64,000 nucleotides of DNA from an uncultured Acidobacteriota bacterium (GCA_963789135.1 CAWBJJ010000003.1:162507-226506), one strand, 5' to 3'; positions 32,221 to 47,251 are shown, numbered from the stretch's first letter. Program-made: numbers and translations. The notes: generated by a model not told the origin, from the sequence alone.

Positions 32221-33804
32221 GTGCGCTGGCGATCGGTCTCGACGTGGGTGCAGGCCCCGGCCGACGAGCGACGCTGGCCGAGCTCTTCGACGTCGATGCT
32301 CTTGGTGGAGTAGATCCTCACGGTCACCGATGTGTTGTCGTACGTCGGCCAGACCAGCACCGGGTAATCGGTGGTGTTGTTCAGGATCAGGTCGGGGGCC
32401 GGGATCCCGAGAGTGGCCTCCCGCCCGTATGGATAGCGAGAGAAGTAGATGGAATGGCTGCGGTACTCGTCGAAGTCGAGTCCCGCGAAATAGGCCGCGT
32501 TGAAAGTGGTGGTGATGAACTGGGATACACCCGCCGCCGACCTCGAGCACCATGTGCCCCTGCCGAATCGCCCCTGCCCTGACGAACCCGCCCGCCACCG
32601 TTCGTGGCCCGACGAGCTCGTTGATGGAGAGCGTCTCTCCAGGGAGGATGTAGGAGCCCCGAACCAGGTCGGCGATCCGGTGGATGTTGGTCACACGCGA
32701 CTCACAGCAGGGATGGTGAGTGGTGAACTCCCCGACAACTCGGTGACCATCGAGCCATCGGCCCAAGCTTCGACCGTCGGGTCATCCGCCGGAGCGGGCT
32801 GCGAGGACTTGTGCCTCGTCCGATCCAGCGAGCACCGCCGTTGCCACCTGCTCAGCCGCATCGGCACTGCAACAGACCAGGTATGGCTCTCCCGGGCGTG
32901 ACCACACTCGGCACTCCACCTTCGACCGTCATCACCGGGGCCACGAACTCGGTGACCGGCTCGGGAAACTTGTCTTCGAGGAGGCTTCTGCAGGCTCACC
33001 TGGTTGAAGCTGGTCTCCAGCCCGTCGACTCCTGAGCCGATGATCAGCCGTTCCCGGAGGTCCTCGGCGCTGATCAGCCGGCTGTGGCCATTGACCGAGA
33101 CCAGGACTCCGTCTCTGGTCACGGAATTCGAGGCTCTCGGCGAGGTCGAGGGCGTCGTCATCGCTGATCGCAGGCGGGTCGCCGATGAGGTCGCCTTCGA
33201 CATGCGGAGGGCGGCTCGAGCAGGTCGACATCCCCGAGTGCGTCGACGATCGAGTCGAGGTCGACGATCACGCCCGGGTCCCCTGGGACCACCTCCATGT
33301 CGTCTTCGCCGATGAACCACGCCAGGCTCCACGGCCGGGTTGGGGCGCAGCTCGGCGAGGCCGGCCAGAGTCGCCATGGCCAGCTCCGGATCGAAGCTCC
33401 AGCTCTCGTCGACATCGTGTTCGAGAATTGGGCCGGCGACCCAGGCCGCGAACTGATCCCAAGGCTGTCCGGTGTGCCGGGCAGCGACGATCTCCTCGGC
33501 TGTTTCGTCGGCCTCGTAGGAGAATCCGAGTTGGCCGAAGGGGACCGACACCTCGTCATCACCGAAGACGAGAGTCAGGTCGTCGTTGAGGAGGTCGACG
33601 GCCCGCTCGGCGACCACGGGCCGCAGCTCGTCCGGGGTCAGGCCTTCGACCGCGAGGCCGGCGTAGCGGACGTTGCCGGCGACCACCGCCCCGGCCGCTG
33701 AGACGTGGTTCGACCAGCCGAGCCCGATCGCGGCGAAGGCGGCGACGCCAACGGCGATCGGTGACCCAGACGACCCAGGAGCGAGGAGAGGAGTGCTTGG
33801 CCAA
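32117..33804 (-). CDS. VanW-family protein with N-terminal membrane anchor; six or more frame breaks
   Basis: Fragments: SPIAVGVAAFAAIGLGW (TM), VAGNVRYAGLAVEGLTPDELRPVVAERAVDLLNDDLTLVFGDDEVSVPFGQLGF, VSVNGHSRLISAEDLRERL, CCESRVTNIHRIADLVRGSYILPGETLSINELVGPRTVAGGFVRAGAI, VLVWPTYDNTSVTVRIYST, DGSVVVDTIVADYRPAEGIDC..-stop (TGA 32117-32119). The TTG 33804 start is tentative. Confidence 0.6.
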
Positions 33805-33914
33805 GTCGCCCAGATGCTAAGAGAGACGCCACCCTACATGGGTTTCGTGCACGGATTGGGCGGGTTGAGTTCTGCGGTTTGCGATATGCGAGGACTCAAT
33901 GGGTCGTCATACCC

Positions 33915-33944
33915 TTGACGCGTTTCCCGGCCCCGCGATATGAT
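33915..33944 (+). promoter_or_regulatory. candidate sigma-A promoter of rpoBC
   Basis: TTGACG (33915-33920), 18-nt spacer, TATGAT (33939-33944). This implies a ~150-nt leader containing the hairpin GGCATGCT-12nt-AGCATGCC. Confidence 0.5.
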
Positions 33945-34110
33945 GCTCTATGACCTTCGGGTCCGGGTCCCTCCGGTCTTGGCCGGGGCGGCCTGACAGC
34001 TTAAGACTCGATTGGAGGCATGCTTGCGCGTCTGTTAGCATGCCTTGTCTGCGTCCCTATCCAACCTGCCCAATCTGCATTCCCAAGGAGGCCCCTCTTG
34101 GCTTCGCCGC

Positions 34111-37100
34111 GTGGCTGAGCGCTTCTCATTCGGGAAAATTCCCGAAGTACTCCCCCTTCCTGACCTCCTCGCAGTTCAACACGAATCTTTCCAGTGGTTC
34201 CTCGACGAGGGGTTCCGCGAGATCTTCGAAGAGATAAGTCCCGATCGAGGATTTCACGGGCTCGCTCGCCCTGGAACTGACGGACCACCGCTTCGGCGAG
34301 CCCCAGATGAGCCTCGAAGAGGCCAAGGAGCGCGACTCCAACTACGCCCAGCCGCTGTTCGTCACCGCCCGGTTCATGAACCGGCAGACGGGTGAGATCA
34401 AGGAGCAGCAGGTCTTCCTCGGCGACTTCCCGATCATGACCGAGAAGGGCGTGTTCATCATCAACGGCACCGAGCGGGTCATCGTCTCCCAGCTGGTGCG
34501 CTCGCCCGGGATCTACTTCGACGAGACCCCGGACAAGACTTCGGACAAGCTCATCTACTCGGGGAAGATCATCCCGGGTCGTGGAGCATGGCTCGAGTTC
34601 GACACCGACAAGAAGGACACCATCGGTGTCCGCGTCGATCGCAAGCGTCGGCAGTACGTGACCGCATTCCTCAAGGCGCTGGGCATCGCCGAGACCGATG
34701 AGGAGATCCTCGCCATGTTCGATGGCGCCGAGTCGATCAGGAACACGATCGAGAAGGACACCGCCGCTGACAAAGAGGACGCCCTTCTCGACCTCTATCG
34801 GAAGCTGCGTCCCGGCGAGCCCACCACGGTGGAGTCGGCCAGGGGATTGATCCAGACCCTGTTCCGCAACCCGAAGCGCTACGACCTGACACGGGTCGGC
34901 CGCTACAAGATCAGCCAGAAGTACCGCGAGGAGTCACCGTCGGACTACCGCTCCGAGGGGCTGCAGTTGCTCCGTGACGAAGACATCGTCGACGCCATCA
35001 AGTACCTGGTCGCCCTCCACGCGGGCGAGTCGACGCTGATCACCCACAAGGGCAACGAGGTGAAGGTCCGCACCGACGACATCGACCATTTCGGCAACCG
35101 GCGGATCCGCACCGTCGGCGAGCTGGTCCAGAACCAGGTGCGCGTCGGCCTCACCCGCCTCGAGCGCGTCGTCCGGGAGCGGATGACCACTCAGGATCCC
35201 GATGCCATCACCCCGCAGAGCCTGATCAACATCAGGCCGGTAACGGCTGCGATCAAGGAGTTCTTCGGCACCAGCCAGCTGAGCCAGTTCATGGACCAGC
35301 CCAACCCGCTTGCCGGGCTCACCCATCGCCGGCGCCTGTCGGCGCTCGGCCCGGGCGGCCTCTCCCGTGAGCGAGCCGGGTTCGAAGTCCGTGACGTCCA
35401 CCCCTCCCACTACGGGCGGATGTGCCCCATCGAGACCCCGGAAGGGCCCAACATCGGCCTGATCGGCTCCCTCGCCTCATATGCGAGGGTCAATCAGTTC
35501 GGGTTCATCGAGACCCCTTACCGCAAGGTCATCAGTGGGAAGGTGACCGACAAGGTCGAGTATCTCACGGCCACTGAGGAGGAGCGCTACGTCATCGCCC
35601 AGGCCAATGCCCTTCTCAAAGACGACGGTGCGTTCAAGAACAATCGGGTTCTCGTCCGGCGCGCCGGGGGCGAGGTCGAGTACGTGCCGCCCTCGGAAGT
35701 CGACTACATGGACGTCTCGCCGAAGCAGATCGTTTCGGTGTCGACATCGCTGATCCCGTTCCTGGAGCACGACGACGCCAACCGGGCCCTCATGGGCTCC
35801 AACATGCAGCGCCAGGCCGTGCCCCTGCTCACCGCTGATGCGCCGCTGGTGGGTACCGGTGTCGAGCGCCGCGCCGCCCAGGACTCCGGGCGACATGATC
35901 GTCTCCCCCGTGGAGGGCGAGGTCGTCGAGGTCACCGGCGACGAGATCGTGGTCAAGGAGAAAGAGACCAACAAGAAGCACACCTTCCCCCTCGACAAGT
36001 TCAAGAGGTCGAACCAGGGCACTTGCATGAACCAAAAGCCACTGGTGAGGGAGGGCGACAAGGTCAAGGTCGGCGATGTCCTCGCCGACGGCCCGTCCAC
36101 CGAGGCCGGCGAGCTGGCACTGGGCCGAAACCTGCTGGTGGCGTTCATGCCCTGGCAGGGCCACAACTTCGAAGACGCCATCATCATCTCCGAGCGCCTG
36201 GTCAAGGACGACGTGCTCACCTCGATCCACATCGAGGAGCACGAGATCGACGCCCGTGACACCAAGCTCGGCGCCGAGGAGATCACCCGGGACATCCCCA
36301 ACGTCCCCGAGGAAGTCCTGGCCAACCTCGACGAAGAGGGCATCATCAGGGTCGGCGCCGAAGTCGGCCCCGGTGACTACCTGGTGGGCAAGGTCACCCC
36401 CAAGGGTGAGACCGAGCTCACGCCCGAGGAGCGCCTCCTTCGTGCCATCTTCGGCGAGAAGGCGCGCGAGGTGCGTGACACCTCCCTCAAGGTCCCCCAC
36501 GGCGAGACCGGCAAGGTGATCGCAGTCAAGGTGTTCAAGCGGGCCGAGGGTTACGACCTTCCACCCGGAGTCAACGAGCTGGTGCGGATCTACGTCGCCC
36601 AGCAGCGCAAGATCTCCGAGGGCGACAAGCTCGCCGGCCGTCACGGAAACAAGGGCGTCATCTCCAAGGTGCTCCCCGAGGAGGAGATGCCGTTCCTGGG
36701 CGACGGGACGCCGGTCGACATCATCCTCTCCCCGCTCGGAGTGCCTTCCCGGATGAACCTGGGCCAGGTGCTGGAGACCCATCTCGGATGGGCCGCCGCC
36801 CAGGGTTGGGAGCCGTACAAGGGCGAGAGCCCGGCGATCGTCGGCGCCAAGCCCTGGACCAAGGTCGCCACTCCGGTATTCGACGGCGCCCGCGAGGACG
36901 AGATCATGCAGGTGATCGGAAACGCGTTGCCCAATCGTGACGGCGAGCGCCTTGTGGCCGGAGACGGCAAGGCGATCCTCTACGACGGCCGTAACGGCGA
37001 GCCCTTCGACAACCCGATCACCGTCGGGTTCATCTACATGCTGAAGCTGGTCCACCTCGTCGACGAGAAGATCCACGCCCGGTCGACCGGCCCCTACAGC

Positions 37101-37472
37101 ATGATCACCCAGCAGCCGCTCGGTGGTAAGGCACAGTTCGGTGGCCAGCGCTTCGGAGAGATGGAAGTGTGGGCACTCGAGGCCTATGGCGCCGCCTACG
37201 CCCTCCAGGAGCTGCTGACCATCAAGTCGGACGACGTGCAGGGCCGGGTCAAGGTCTACGAGGCAATCGTCAAGGGAGACAACATCCCCGAGCCCGGCAT
37301 CCCGGAGTCGTTCCGGGTGCTGGTCAAGGAGATGCAGAGCCTCTGCCTCAACGTCGAGATGCTGGCCGCAGGCGAGGAAGTCGAGCTCCGCGAGCTCGAG
37401 GAGGAGAGCTACCGCTCGGTGGAGACCCTCGGAATCGACCTCAGCCGCCCGGAGCGCCCCGACTCGGAATGA
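34111..37472 (+). CDS. rpoB: DNA-directed RNA polymerase subunit beta; extra bases at CCC 34240-34242 and GGG 35888-35890
   Basis: [44 protein letters not shown] / [44 protein letters not shown]...[10 protein letters not shown] / [10 protein letters not shown]...[12 protein letters not shown]...[19 protein letters not shown] 34098, 6 nt after AGGAGG, may be the true start if there is a further indel. Confidence 0.95.
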
Positions 37473-37473
37473 C

Positions 37474-37500
37474 CGCAGAACGCAAAACGCAGAACGCAAA
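37474..37500 (+). repeat. tandem direct repeat CGCAGAACGCAAA x2 (period 14) in the rpoB-rpoC spacer
   Basis: CGCAGAACGCAAA-A-CGCAGAACGCAAA, read directly. The spacer is 65 nt and unusually A-rich for this genome. Confidence 0.8.
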
Positions 37501-37537
37501 TCGTCAGCAATCGCCACGGATCACGGAGAACTCATAG

Positions 37538-41468
<3,931 letters not shown>

Positions 41469-41488
41469 TCAACCCGTGCGATGGTTCG

Positions 41489-41526
41489 ATGGCCCACCCC
41501 GCTGTCCCGGGGTGGGCCATTTCATT
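41489..41526 (+). terminator. rho-independent terminator-like hairpin after rpoC
   Basis: ATGGCCCACCCC-gctgtccc-GGGGTGGGCCAT, a perfect 12-bp stem followed by TTCATT, 21 nt after the rpoC stop. Confidence 0.7.
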
Positions 41527-41735
41527 GACACGGGTTCGCCCGACCCGTAGCTTTCAACGGCGGGCCTGGGGGAAAGTCGTCGAAAATCACCTCTGACCCG
41601 CCTCCGAAGCCGAAACGGCTCTCGCCGAACGAGCTGGCGCAGCAGATCGCGAACCGACTCGAGCTGTCCGACGACGACGCCGAGAGGTGGGGGTGGCTGC
41701 CCCGCTTCGACCTCCTGAACGCCGGCCGCCTGGTC

Positions 41736-42497
41736 ATGGGGCTCGGTGCGCTGCTGATCATCGCCGGGCTAGCCGTAGTGGCGGCGTGGGCCACCGGTCT
41801 CAGCGACTACGAGACCACCGGGATCATCCTCAACACCGCACCCGCCTTCGCCTGCCCCGGGGACCCGCCACTCGGCGAGGTGTTCGAGGGAGAGAGTGTC
41901 GCCGTCATCGGGAAGCAAGGCTCTCAATGGCTGGTGATCAGGGACCAGCGATCGCCGGGCGACGCCTCATATGTCGAGGTGTCGATGGTGAGTGTCGAAG
42001 GTGATGCATCCCTGCTCGTGGAGCGGGACTGCGAGCCGGGCGGTGCGATCCCGGTGGCCGGCGAGGGGATCGACTCGACCGGCGGCGAAGCAGTGACCAC
42101 GCAGCCGGGCACGGTGGCCACCACGGTCGCACCGGGGGTCGAGACCACGATCGCGGGGACCACGGCCACGGCAGGTGGGGCCACCGGGAGCACCCGGCCC
42201 CGGTCAACCACCTCGACGACGCGGCCCAATTCGGTGACCACCACTCTGCCGTTCCCGGTGGCCCCACCGCCGAGCACCACGACGACCACCCGTCCCCCGT
42301 CGGGCACCACCACGACCACCCGGCCGCCGTCGACAACCAGCACCACCGCTGGCACCACTACCACGACAGCACCTACGACAACCACAGAGCCCCCGACAAC
42401 GACAACAGACCGACCACCACGACGACAACGACCACAGAGCCACCAACCACCACCACCGAGCCACCTACCACGACCACACCCTGAATCGGGTCGATAG
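41736..42497 (+). CDS. membrane-anchored protein with SH3b-like domain and Thr/Pro-rich repetitive tail (start and end unresolved)
   Basis: MGLGALLIIAGLAVVAAWATG (TM), GESVAVIGKQGSQWLVIRDQRSPGDASYVEVSMVS (SH3b-like), then TTTTTRPPSGTTTTTRPPS...TTTTEPP. The frame stays open and coding-like back to 41529 (..LSPNELAQQIANRLELSDDDAERWGWLPRFDLL..) with no in-frame start. A +1 shift near 42410 gives ..TTTTEPPTTTTEPPTTTTP-stop at 42484. Confidence 0.5.
   Translation: MGLGALLIIAGLAVVAAWATGLSDYETTGIILNTAPAFACPGDPPLGEVFEGESVAVIGKQGSQWLVIRDQRSPGDASYVEVSMVSVEGDASLLVERDCEPGGAIPVAGEGIDSTGGEAVTTQPGTVATTVAPGVETTIAGTTATAGGATGSTRPRSTTSTTRPNSVTTTLPFPVAPPPSTTTTTRPPSGTTTTTRPPSTTSTTAGTTTTTAPTTTTEPPTTTTDRPPRRQRPQSHQPPPPSHLPRPHPESGR
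42200..42484 (+). repeat. ACC/ACG/CCG-rich coding low-complexity repeats (Thr/Pro tract)
   Basis: Reiterated ACCACGACGACCACCCG... units that encode T(4-8)-[RE]-P-P motifs. Confidence 0.7.
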
Positions 42498-42753
42498 ACC
42501 CAGGCGGTGATGTCTCTTTGCGGTGCCGCGCCCCCATAGCATCGGTCCCCGGGAGGGACGACCAGGGCGGGCGCAGAAATCCGGGGGCCGGTGGGGGCTC
42601 CTTCGGCTCTGTCTCGCGCCCTGCTCCACCGTTCCGGGTAGGGAGTAGCGGGGGTTGTGAACCGGTCACGACCCCCGCAACCACAGCCCCGGTTGGCGTG
42701 GATTTCATCCGCTGTTACCGTTCTTTCTGCCCGACCGGAGCGATCCGGTCGAT

Positions 42754-42783
42754 TTGGCACGCGCGGAGGCCGGCTCATACAAT
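42754..42783 (+). promoter_or_regulatory. candidate sigma-A promoter of the str operon
   Basis: TTGGCA (42754-42759), 18-nt spacer, TACAAT (42778-42783). This implies a ~125-nt leader with a hairpin GGCACCGGG-gttgt-CCCGTGCC just before the AGGAG of rpsL. Confidence 0.5.
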
Positions 42784-42916
42784 CCGGTCACGCGGAAGAC
42801 CGTTTTCATCGACGGTCGAGGAGCGAGCCGGGTGACGAGCGTGCCCGGGCCGCAAGGTTTCACAACAGGATCGGCACCGGGGTTGTCCCGTGCCGCATCC
42901 TCGCGTTAGGAGCAAA

Positions 42917-43288
42917 ATGCCGACGATCGAGCAGCTTGTCCGCGAGGGCAGGAAGCCAAAGGTCAAGAAGGGCAAGACCGCAGGTCTGGCCGGCGCCCCA
43001 CAGCGCAGGGGGGTCTGTACCCGCGTCTACACGGTCACACCCAAGAAGCCGAACTCGGCGTTGCGCAAGGTCTGTCGCGTCCGCCTCTCCACCGGTGTCG
43101 AAGTCACCGCCTACATCCCGGGTGAAGGTCACAACCTCCAGGAGCACAGCATCGTCCTCATCCGCGGGGGCAGGGTCCGCGACCTCCCCGGTGTCCGCTA
43201 CAAGGTGATCCGGGGCACACTCGACGCCTCCGGGGTCAGCGCCCGCAAGCAGGCTCGCAGCCGATACGGGACCAAGAAGGATTCCTGA
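42917..43288 (+). CDS. rpsL: 30S ribosomal protein S12
   Basis: [52 protein letters not shown].... AGGAG lies upstream. Confidence 0.95.
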   Translation: MPTIEQLVREGRKPKVKKGKTAGLAGAPQRRGVCTRVYTVTPKKPNSALRKVCRVRLSTGVEVTAYIPGEGHNLQEHSIVLIRGGRVRDLPGVRYKVIRGTLDASGVSARKQARSRYGTKKDS

Positions 43289-43755
43289 TGCGCCGCGCTC
43301 CCGCCCAGAAGCGGAAGATCGAGGCCGACCCGGTATTTCGCAGTGTCCTGGTGAGCAAGGTGATCAACAAGGTCCTGCTCAAGGGCAAGAAGAACACCGC
43401 CCGGGAGATCGTCTACAGCGCTCTGGAGACGGTCGAGCAGCGCACCAGCCAGGACCCGAGCGTCGTCCTGAAGCGTGCCATCGACAACATCCGCCCCCAG
43501 GTCGAGGTCCGCTCTCGTCGGGTCGGAGGGTCCTCCTATCAGGTCCCGGTCGAGGTCTCACCACGGCGTCAGGAGAGCCTGGCCATCCGTTGGCTGGTCA
43601 ACTTCGCTCGCCAGCGTCGCGAGCCCACGATGTCGATGCGGCTCGCCAACGAGATCCTCGACGCCTCGAACTACACCGGGGCCGCGGTGAAACGCAAGGA
43701 AGATGTCCACAAGATGGCGGAGTCGAACAAGGCCTTCGCCCACTACCGCTGGTAG
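43288..43755 (+). CDS. rpsG: 30S ribosomal protein S7
   Basis: [43 protein letters not shown]...AFAHYRW. Its ATG overlaps the rpsL stop (TGATG). Confidence 0.95.
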   Translation: MRRAPAQKRKIEADPVFRSVLVSKVINKVLLKGKKNTAREIVYSALETVEQRTSQDPSVVLKRAIDNIRPQVEVRSRRVGGSSYQVPVEVSPRRQESLAIRWLVNFARQRREPTMSMRLANEILDASNYTGAAVKRKEDVHKMAESNKAFAHYRW

Positions 43756-43893
43756 AGCCAACGGTCCCAACGGAGATACTGCACACAAAGATTTACCGGA
43801 ACGTTCCAGCAGGCGGGTTGACCACCGAAACCAGCCCGAACCGCAGGACGTGGGACGTTCACAACCTCATAACGAGTCGGAGTAAGAGAGAGA

Positions 43894-46008
43894 ATGAGCA
43901 ACGGAAACGCTGCGCTGTCACAGCTGCGGCAGGTGCCGCTGAGCCGAACCCGGAACATCGGGATCATGGCTCACATCGACGCGGGCAAAACCACCCTCAC
44001 CGAGCGCATCCTCTACTACACCGGCCGCAACTACAAGATCGGTGAGGTCCATGAGGGCGCAGCCACCATGGACTGGATGGAGCAGGAGCAGGAGCGGGGC
44101 ATCACCATCACCTCCGCCGCCACCACCTGCATCTGGCACGAGCACCTGATCAACATCATCGACACCCCCGGGCATGTCGATTTCACCGTCGAGGTCGAGC
44201 GCTCGCTTCGCGTCCTCGACGGCGCGGTTGCAGTGTTCGACGGCGTTGCCGGTGTCGAGCCCCAGTCGGAGACCGTCTGGCGCCAGGCCGACCGCTACCA
44301 CGTCCCGCGGATCTGCTTCATCAACAAGCTGGACCGCACCGGTGCCGACTTCTATGCCGATGTCGACTCGATCGCCAATCGGCTCGGGGCCCACCCCCTG
44401 GTGATGCAGCTGCCGATCGGCACGGAGGCAGATTTCATCGGCGTCGTCGACCTCGTCGAGCAGAGAGCTCACGTGTGGAAGGGCGACGACGGCAAACAGT
44501 GGGACACGATCGAGATCCCAGCCGACCTCGTCGAGCGCGCCGCCAAGTACCGCGAGGCGCTGCTGGAGAAGGTCGCCGAGACCAGCGAGGAGCTGCTCGA
44601 GGCCTATCTGGACCATGGCGACCTGACGGTCGACCAGATCAAGACCGGCGTTCGCCTGGGCACCCTGAACGGGGACTTCAACCCGGTGTTCTGCGGCTCG
44701 GCCTTCAAGAACAAGGGCGTCCAGCTCCTCCTCGACGCAGTGGTGGACTATCTGCCCAGCCCGGCCGAGCTCCCTCCGATCAAGGGCTTCAAGCCGGGTG
44801 ACGAGGAGGTCGTCCTCGAGCGCAAGCTCGAAGACACCGAGCCTTTCTCCGCACTGGCCTTCAAGATCATGTCCGACCCTCACGTCGGCAAGCTGACCTA
44901 CTTCCGGGTCTACTCCGGCCACGCCTCCAAGGGCGATTCGGTGCTGAACACCACCACCGGGAAGAAGGAGCGGTTCGGGCGCATCCTGCGCATGCACGCC
45001 AACTCCCGTGAGGACGTCGACGAGGTGTTCGCCGGCGACATCGTGGCCGGAATCGGTCTCAAGAACACGACGACCGGTGACACCCTCTCCTCGGAGCGGG
45101 AGCCGATCCAGCTCGAGTCGATGGAATTCCCGGCCCCGGTGATCTCGGTTGCCATCGAGCCCAAGACCAAGTCCGACGACGAGAAGCTCTCCGAGTCGCT
45201 GCACCGACTCTCCGAGGAGGACCCCACCTTCCTGGTCCGGACCGACGAGGAGACCGGACAGACGATCATCTCCGGGATGGGCGAGCTCCACCTCGAGATC
45301 CTGGTGGACCGCCTGCTCCGCGAGTTCAAGGTCGAGGCCAACGTCGGCAAGCCCCAGGTCGCCTACCGGGAGACGATCCGGCGCGCCATCGACAAGGTCG
45401 AGTACCGCCACGTCAAGCAGACCGGTGGCAAGGGCCAATACGCCCACGTGGTCATCAACCTGGAGCCCACCGGGCCCGGCGGTGGCTACGAGTTCGTCGA
45501 TCAGATCCACGGTGGCCGGATCCCGCGGGAGTACATCCCGGCGGTCGACGACGGGATCGAGGATGCTCTCGACCAGGGAGTCCTCGCCGGTTATCCGCTG
45601 GTCGACGTGCGGGCGATCCTGATCGACGGCTCGTACCACGACGTCGACTCGTCGGAGATGGCGTTCAAGATCGCGGGGTCGATGGCCCTCCAGGAAGCGG
45701 CCCGCAAGGCCGGCGTCAAGCTCCTGGAGCCGGTCATGGAGATCGAGGTCACGACGCCCGAGGACTACATGGGCGACGTCATCGGCGACCTCAACAGCCG
45801 CCGGGGCAAGGTCGAGGGGATGACCCAGCGGGGCAACAGCCAGGTCATCCGGGCCCAGGTCCCGATGTCGGAGATGTTCGGCTACGCCACCGATCTGCGG
45901 TCCAAGACGCAGGGGCGAGCCACCTATTCCATGCAGTTCCATTCATATCAAGACGTTCCCGACTCGATCGCCGACGACATCGTCGCGACGCGCCGTGGCG
46001 CGGCCTGA
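43894..46008 (+). CDS. fusA: elongation factor G
   Basis: Intact 704 aa. [37 protein letters not shown]. Position after rpsG. Confidence 0.95.
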   Translation: MSNGNAALSQLRQVPLSRTRNIGIMAHIDAGKTTLTERILYYTGRNYKIGEVHEGAATMDWMEQEQERGITITSAATTCIWHEHLINIIDTPGHVDFTVEVERSLRVLDGAVAVFDGVAGVEPQSETVWRQADRYHVPRICFINKLDRTGADFYADVDSIANRLGAHPLVMQLPIGTEADFIGVVDLVEQRAHVWKGDDGKQWDTIEIPADLVERAAKYREALLEKVAETSEELLEAYLDHGDLTVDQIKTGVRLGTLNGDFNPVFCGSAFKNKGVQLLLDAVVDYLPSPAELPPIKGFKPGDEEVVLERKLEDTEPFSALAFKIMSDPHVGKLTYFRVYSGHASKGDSVLNTTTGKKERFGRILRMHANSREDVDEVFAGDIVAGIGLKNTTTGDTLSSEREPIQLESMEFPAPVISVAIEPKTKSDDEKLSESLHRLSEEDPTFLVRTDEETGQTIISGMGELHLEILVDRLLREFKVEANVGKPQVAYRETIRRAIDKVEYRHVKQTGGKGQYAHVVINLEPTGPGGGYEFVDQIHGGRIPREYIPAVDDGIEDALDQGVLAGYPLVDVRAILIDGSYHDVDSSEMAFKIAGSMALQEAARKAGVKLLEPVMEIEVTTPEDYMGDVIGDLNSRRGKVEGMTQRGNSQVIRAQVPMSEMFGYATDLRSKTQGRATYSMQFHSYQDVPDSIADDIVATRRGAA

Positions 46009-46055
46009 AGGTCGAAACAAGACGGATCTAGAGAAGAGATAGAGGAGCCAGGACG

Positions 46056-47248
46056 ATGGCGAAGGCGAAGTTTGAGCGTACGAAGCCGCATGTGAATGTG
46101 GGGACGATGGGTCATATTGATCATGGGAAGACGACGTTGACGGCGGCGATTACGCGGGTGTTGGCGGATCGGGTTGGTGGTTCGAATCAGTTGACGTCGT
46201 TTGATCAGATTGATAAGGCGCCGGAGGAGCGGGAGCGGGGGATCACGATTCAGATTGCTCATGTGGAGTATGAGACGGTGGCTCGTCATTACGCCCATGT
46301 GGATATGCCGGGTCATGCTGATTACATCAAGAACATGATTACGGGGGCGGCTCAGGTGGATGGGGCGATTCTGGTGGTGTCGGCGGCTGATGGTCCGATG
46401 CCTCAGACTCGGGAGCATGTGTTGTTGGCTCGTCAGGTGGGGGTGCCTTCGATTGTGGTGTTTTTGAACAAGGTGGACATGGTGGATGATCCTGAGCTTT
46501 TGGATTTGGTGGAGCTCGAGGTGCGGGATCTTGTTGACTGAGTATGAGTTTCCGGGGGATGAGGTTCCGGTGGTCCGGGGGAGCGCGTTGAAGGCGTTGG
46601 ATGGGGATGCGGAGGCTTCGGATCAGATCATGGAGTTGATGGATTCGGTTGATTCTTATGTGCCGGAGCCGGACCGGGATACGGATAAGCCGTTTCTGAT
46701 GTCGATCGAGGACGTGTTTTCGATCACCGGTCGGGGGACGGTGGTTACTGGCCGGGTGGAGCAGGGGATTTTGAAGGTGAATGAGGAGGTGGAGATTGTG
46801 GGGATCCGGCCTACTCATAAGACGGTGGCGACCGGGATCGAAATGTTCCGCAAGCTGTTGGATGAGGGCCGGGCCGGGGACAATGTCGGGGTTCTGTTGC
46901 GGGGGGTGGGTAAGGATGAGGTGGAGCGGGGTCAGGTCCTGGCCAAGCCGGGGATCGATTACTCCGCATACTGATTTCGAAGCTCAGGTCTATGTGCTGA
47001 CCAAGGAGGAGGGGGGCCGGCACAACCCGTTCTTCCCCGGGTATCGCCCCCAGTTCTACTTCCGGACTACTGATGTCACCGGGTCGATCCAACTGCCCGA
47101 GGGGACCCAGATGGTGATGCCGGGGGACAACACGGAGATGAACGTGGAACTGATCGCACCGATCGCCATGGACGAAGGACTCCGGTTCGCCATCCGAGAA
47201 GGCGGCCGCACCGTCGGCGCCGGCCGCGTAATCAAGATCCTCAAATGA
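46056..47248 (+). CDS. tuf: elongation factor Tu; two single extra bases (about 46531-46535 and G-run 46950-46953); atypical codon usage in the 5' two-thirds
   Basis: [32 protein letters not shown]...[41 protein letters not shown]...FLNKVDMV / [21 protein letters not shown]... / [27 protein letters not shown]...[17 protein letters not shown]. Confidence 0.9.
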
Positions 47249-47251
47249 CCC

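Noticed and set aside
41481-41526. GGTTCGATGG string resembling a tRNA T-arm.
   Set aside because: It is part of the rpoC terminator hairpin. No acceptor, D or anticodon arms can be drawn around it.
42200-42484. Short tandem repeats that might be a CRISPR array or VNTR.
   Set aside because: The repeats are in-frame ACC/ACG/CCG codons for a Thr/Pro tract. There is no repeat-spacer architecture and there are no cas genes.
42518-42835. 105-aa plus ORF, and a 111-aa minus ORF (42373-42708), in the rpoC-rpsL gap.
   Set aside because: Third positions lack the strong C/G enrichment of real genes here. The ORFs run through hairpins and the predicted str promoter. I treat the region as non-coding.
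43918-45942. 674-aa minus-strand ORF.
   Set aside because: It is antisense to the intact fusA gene, the same artefact class.
45948-46818. Two overlapping minus-strand ORFs (156 and 159 aa), rich in H/R/L/I/N/P, opposite tuf.
   Set aside because: They are a by-product of the C-depleted coding strand of tuf, which leaves few stop codons on the complement. The peptides look nonsensical. They are useful only as a symptom of the tuf composition anomaly.
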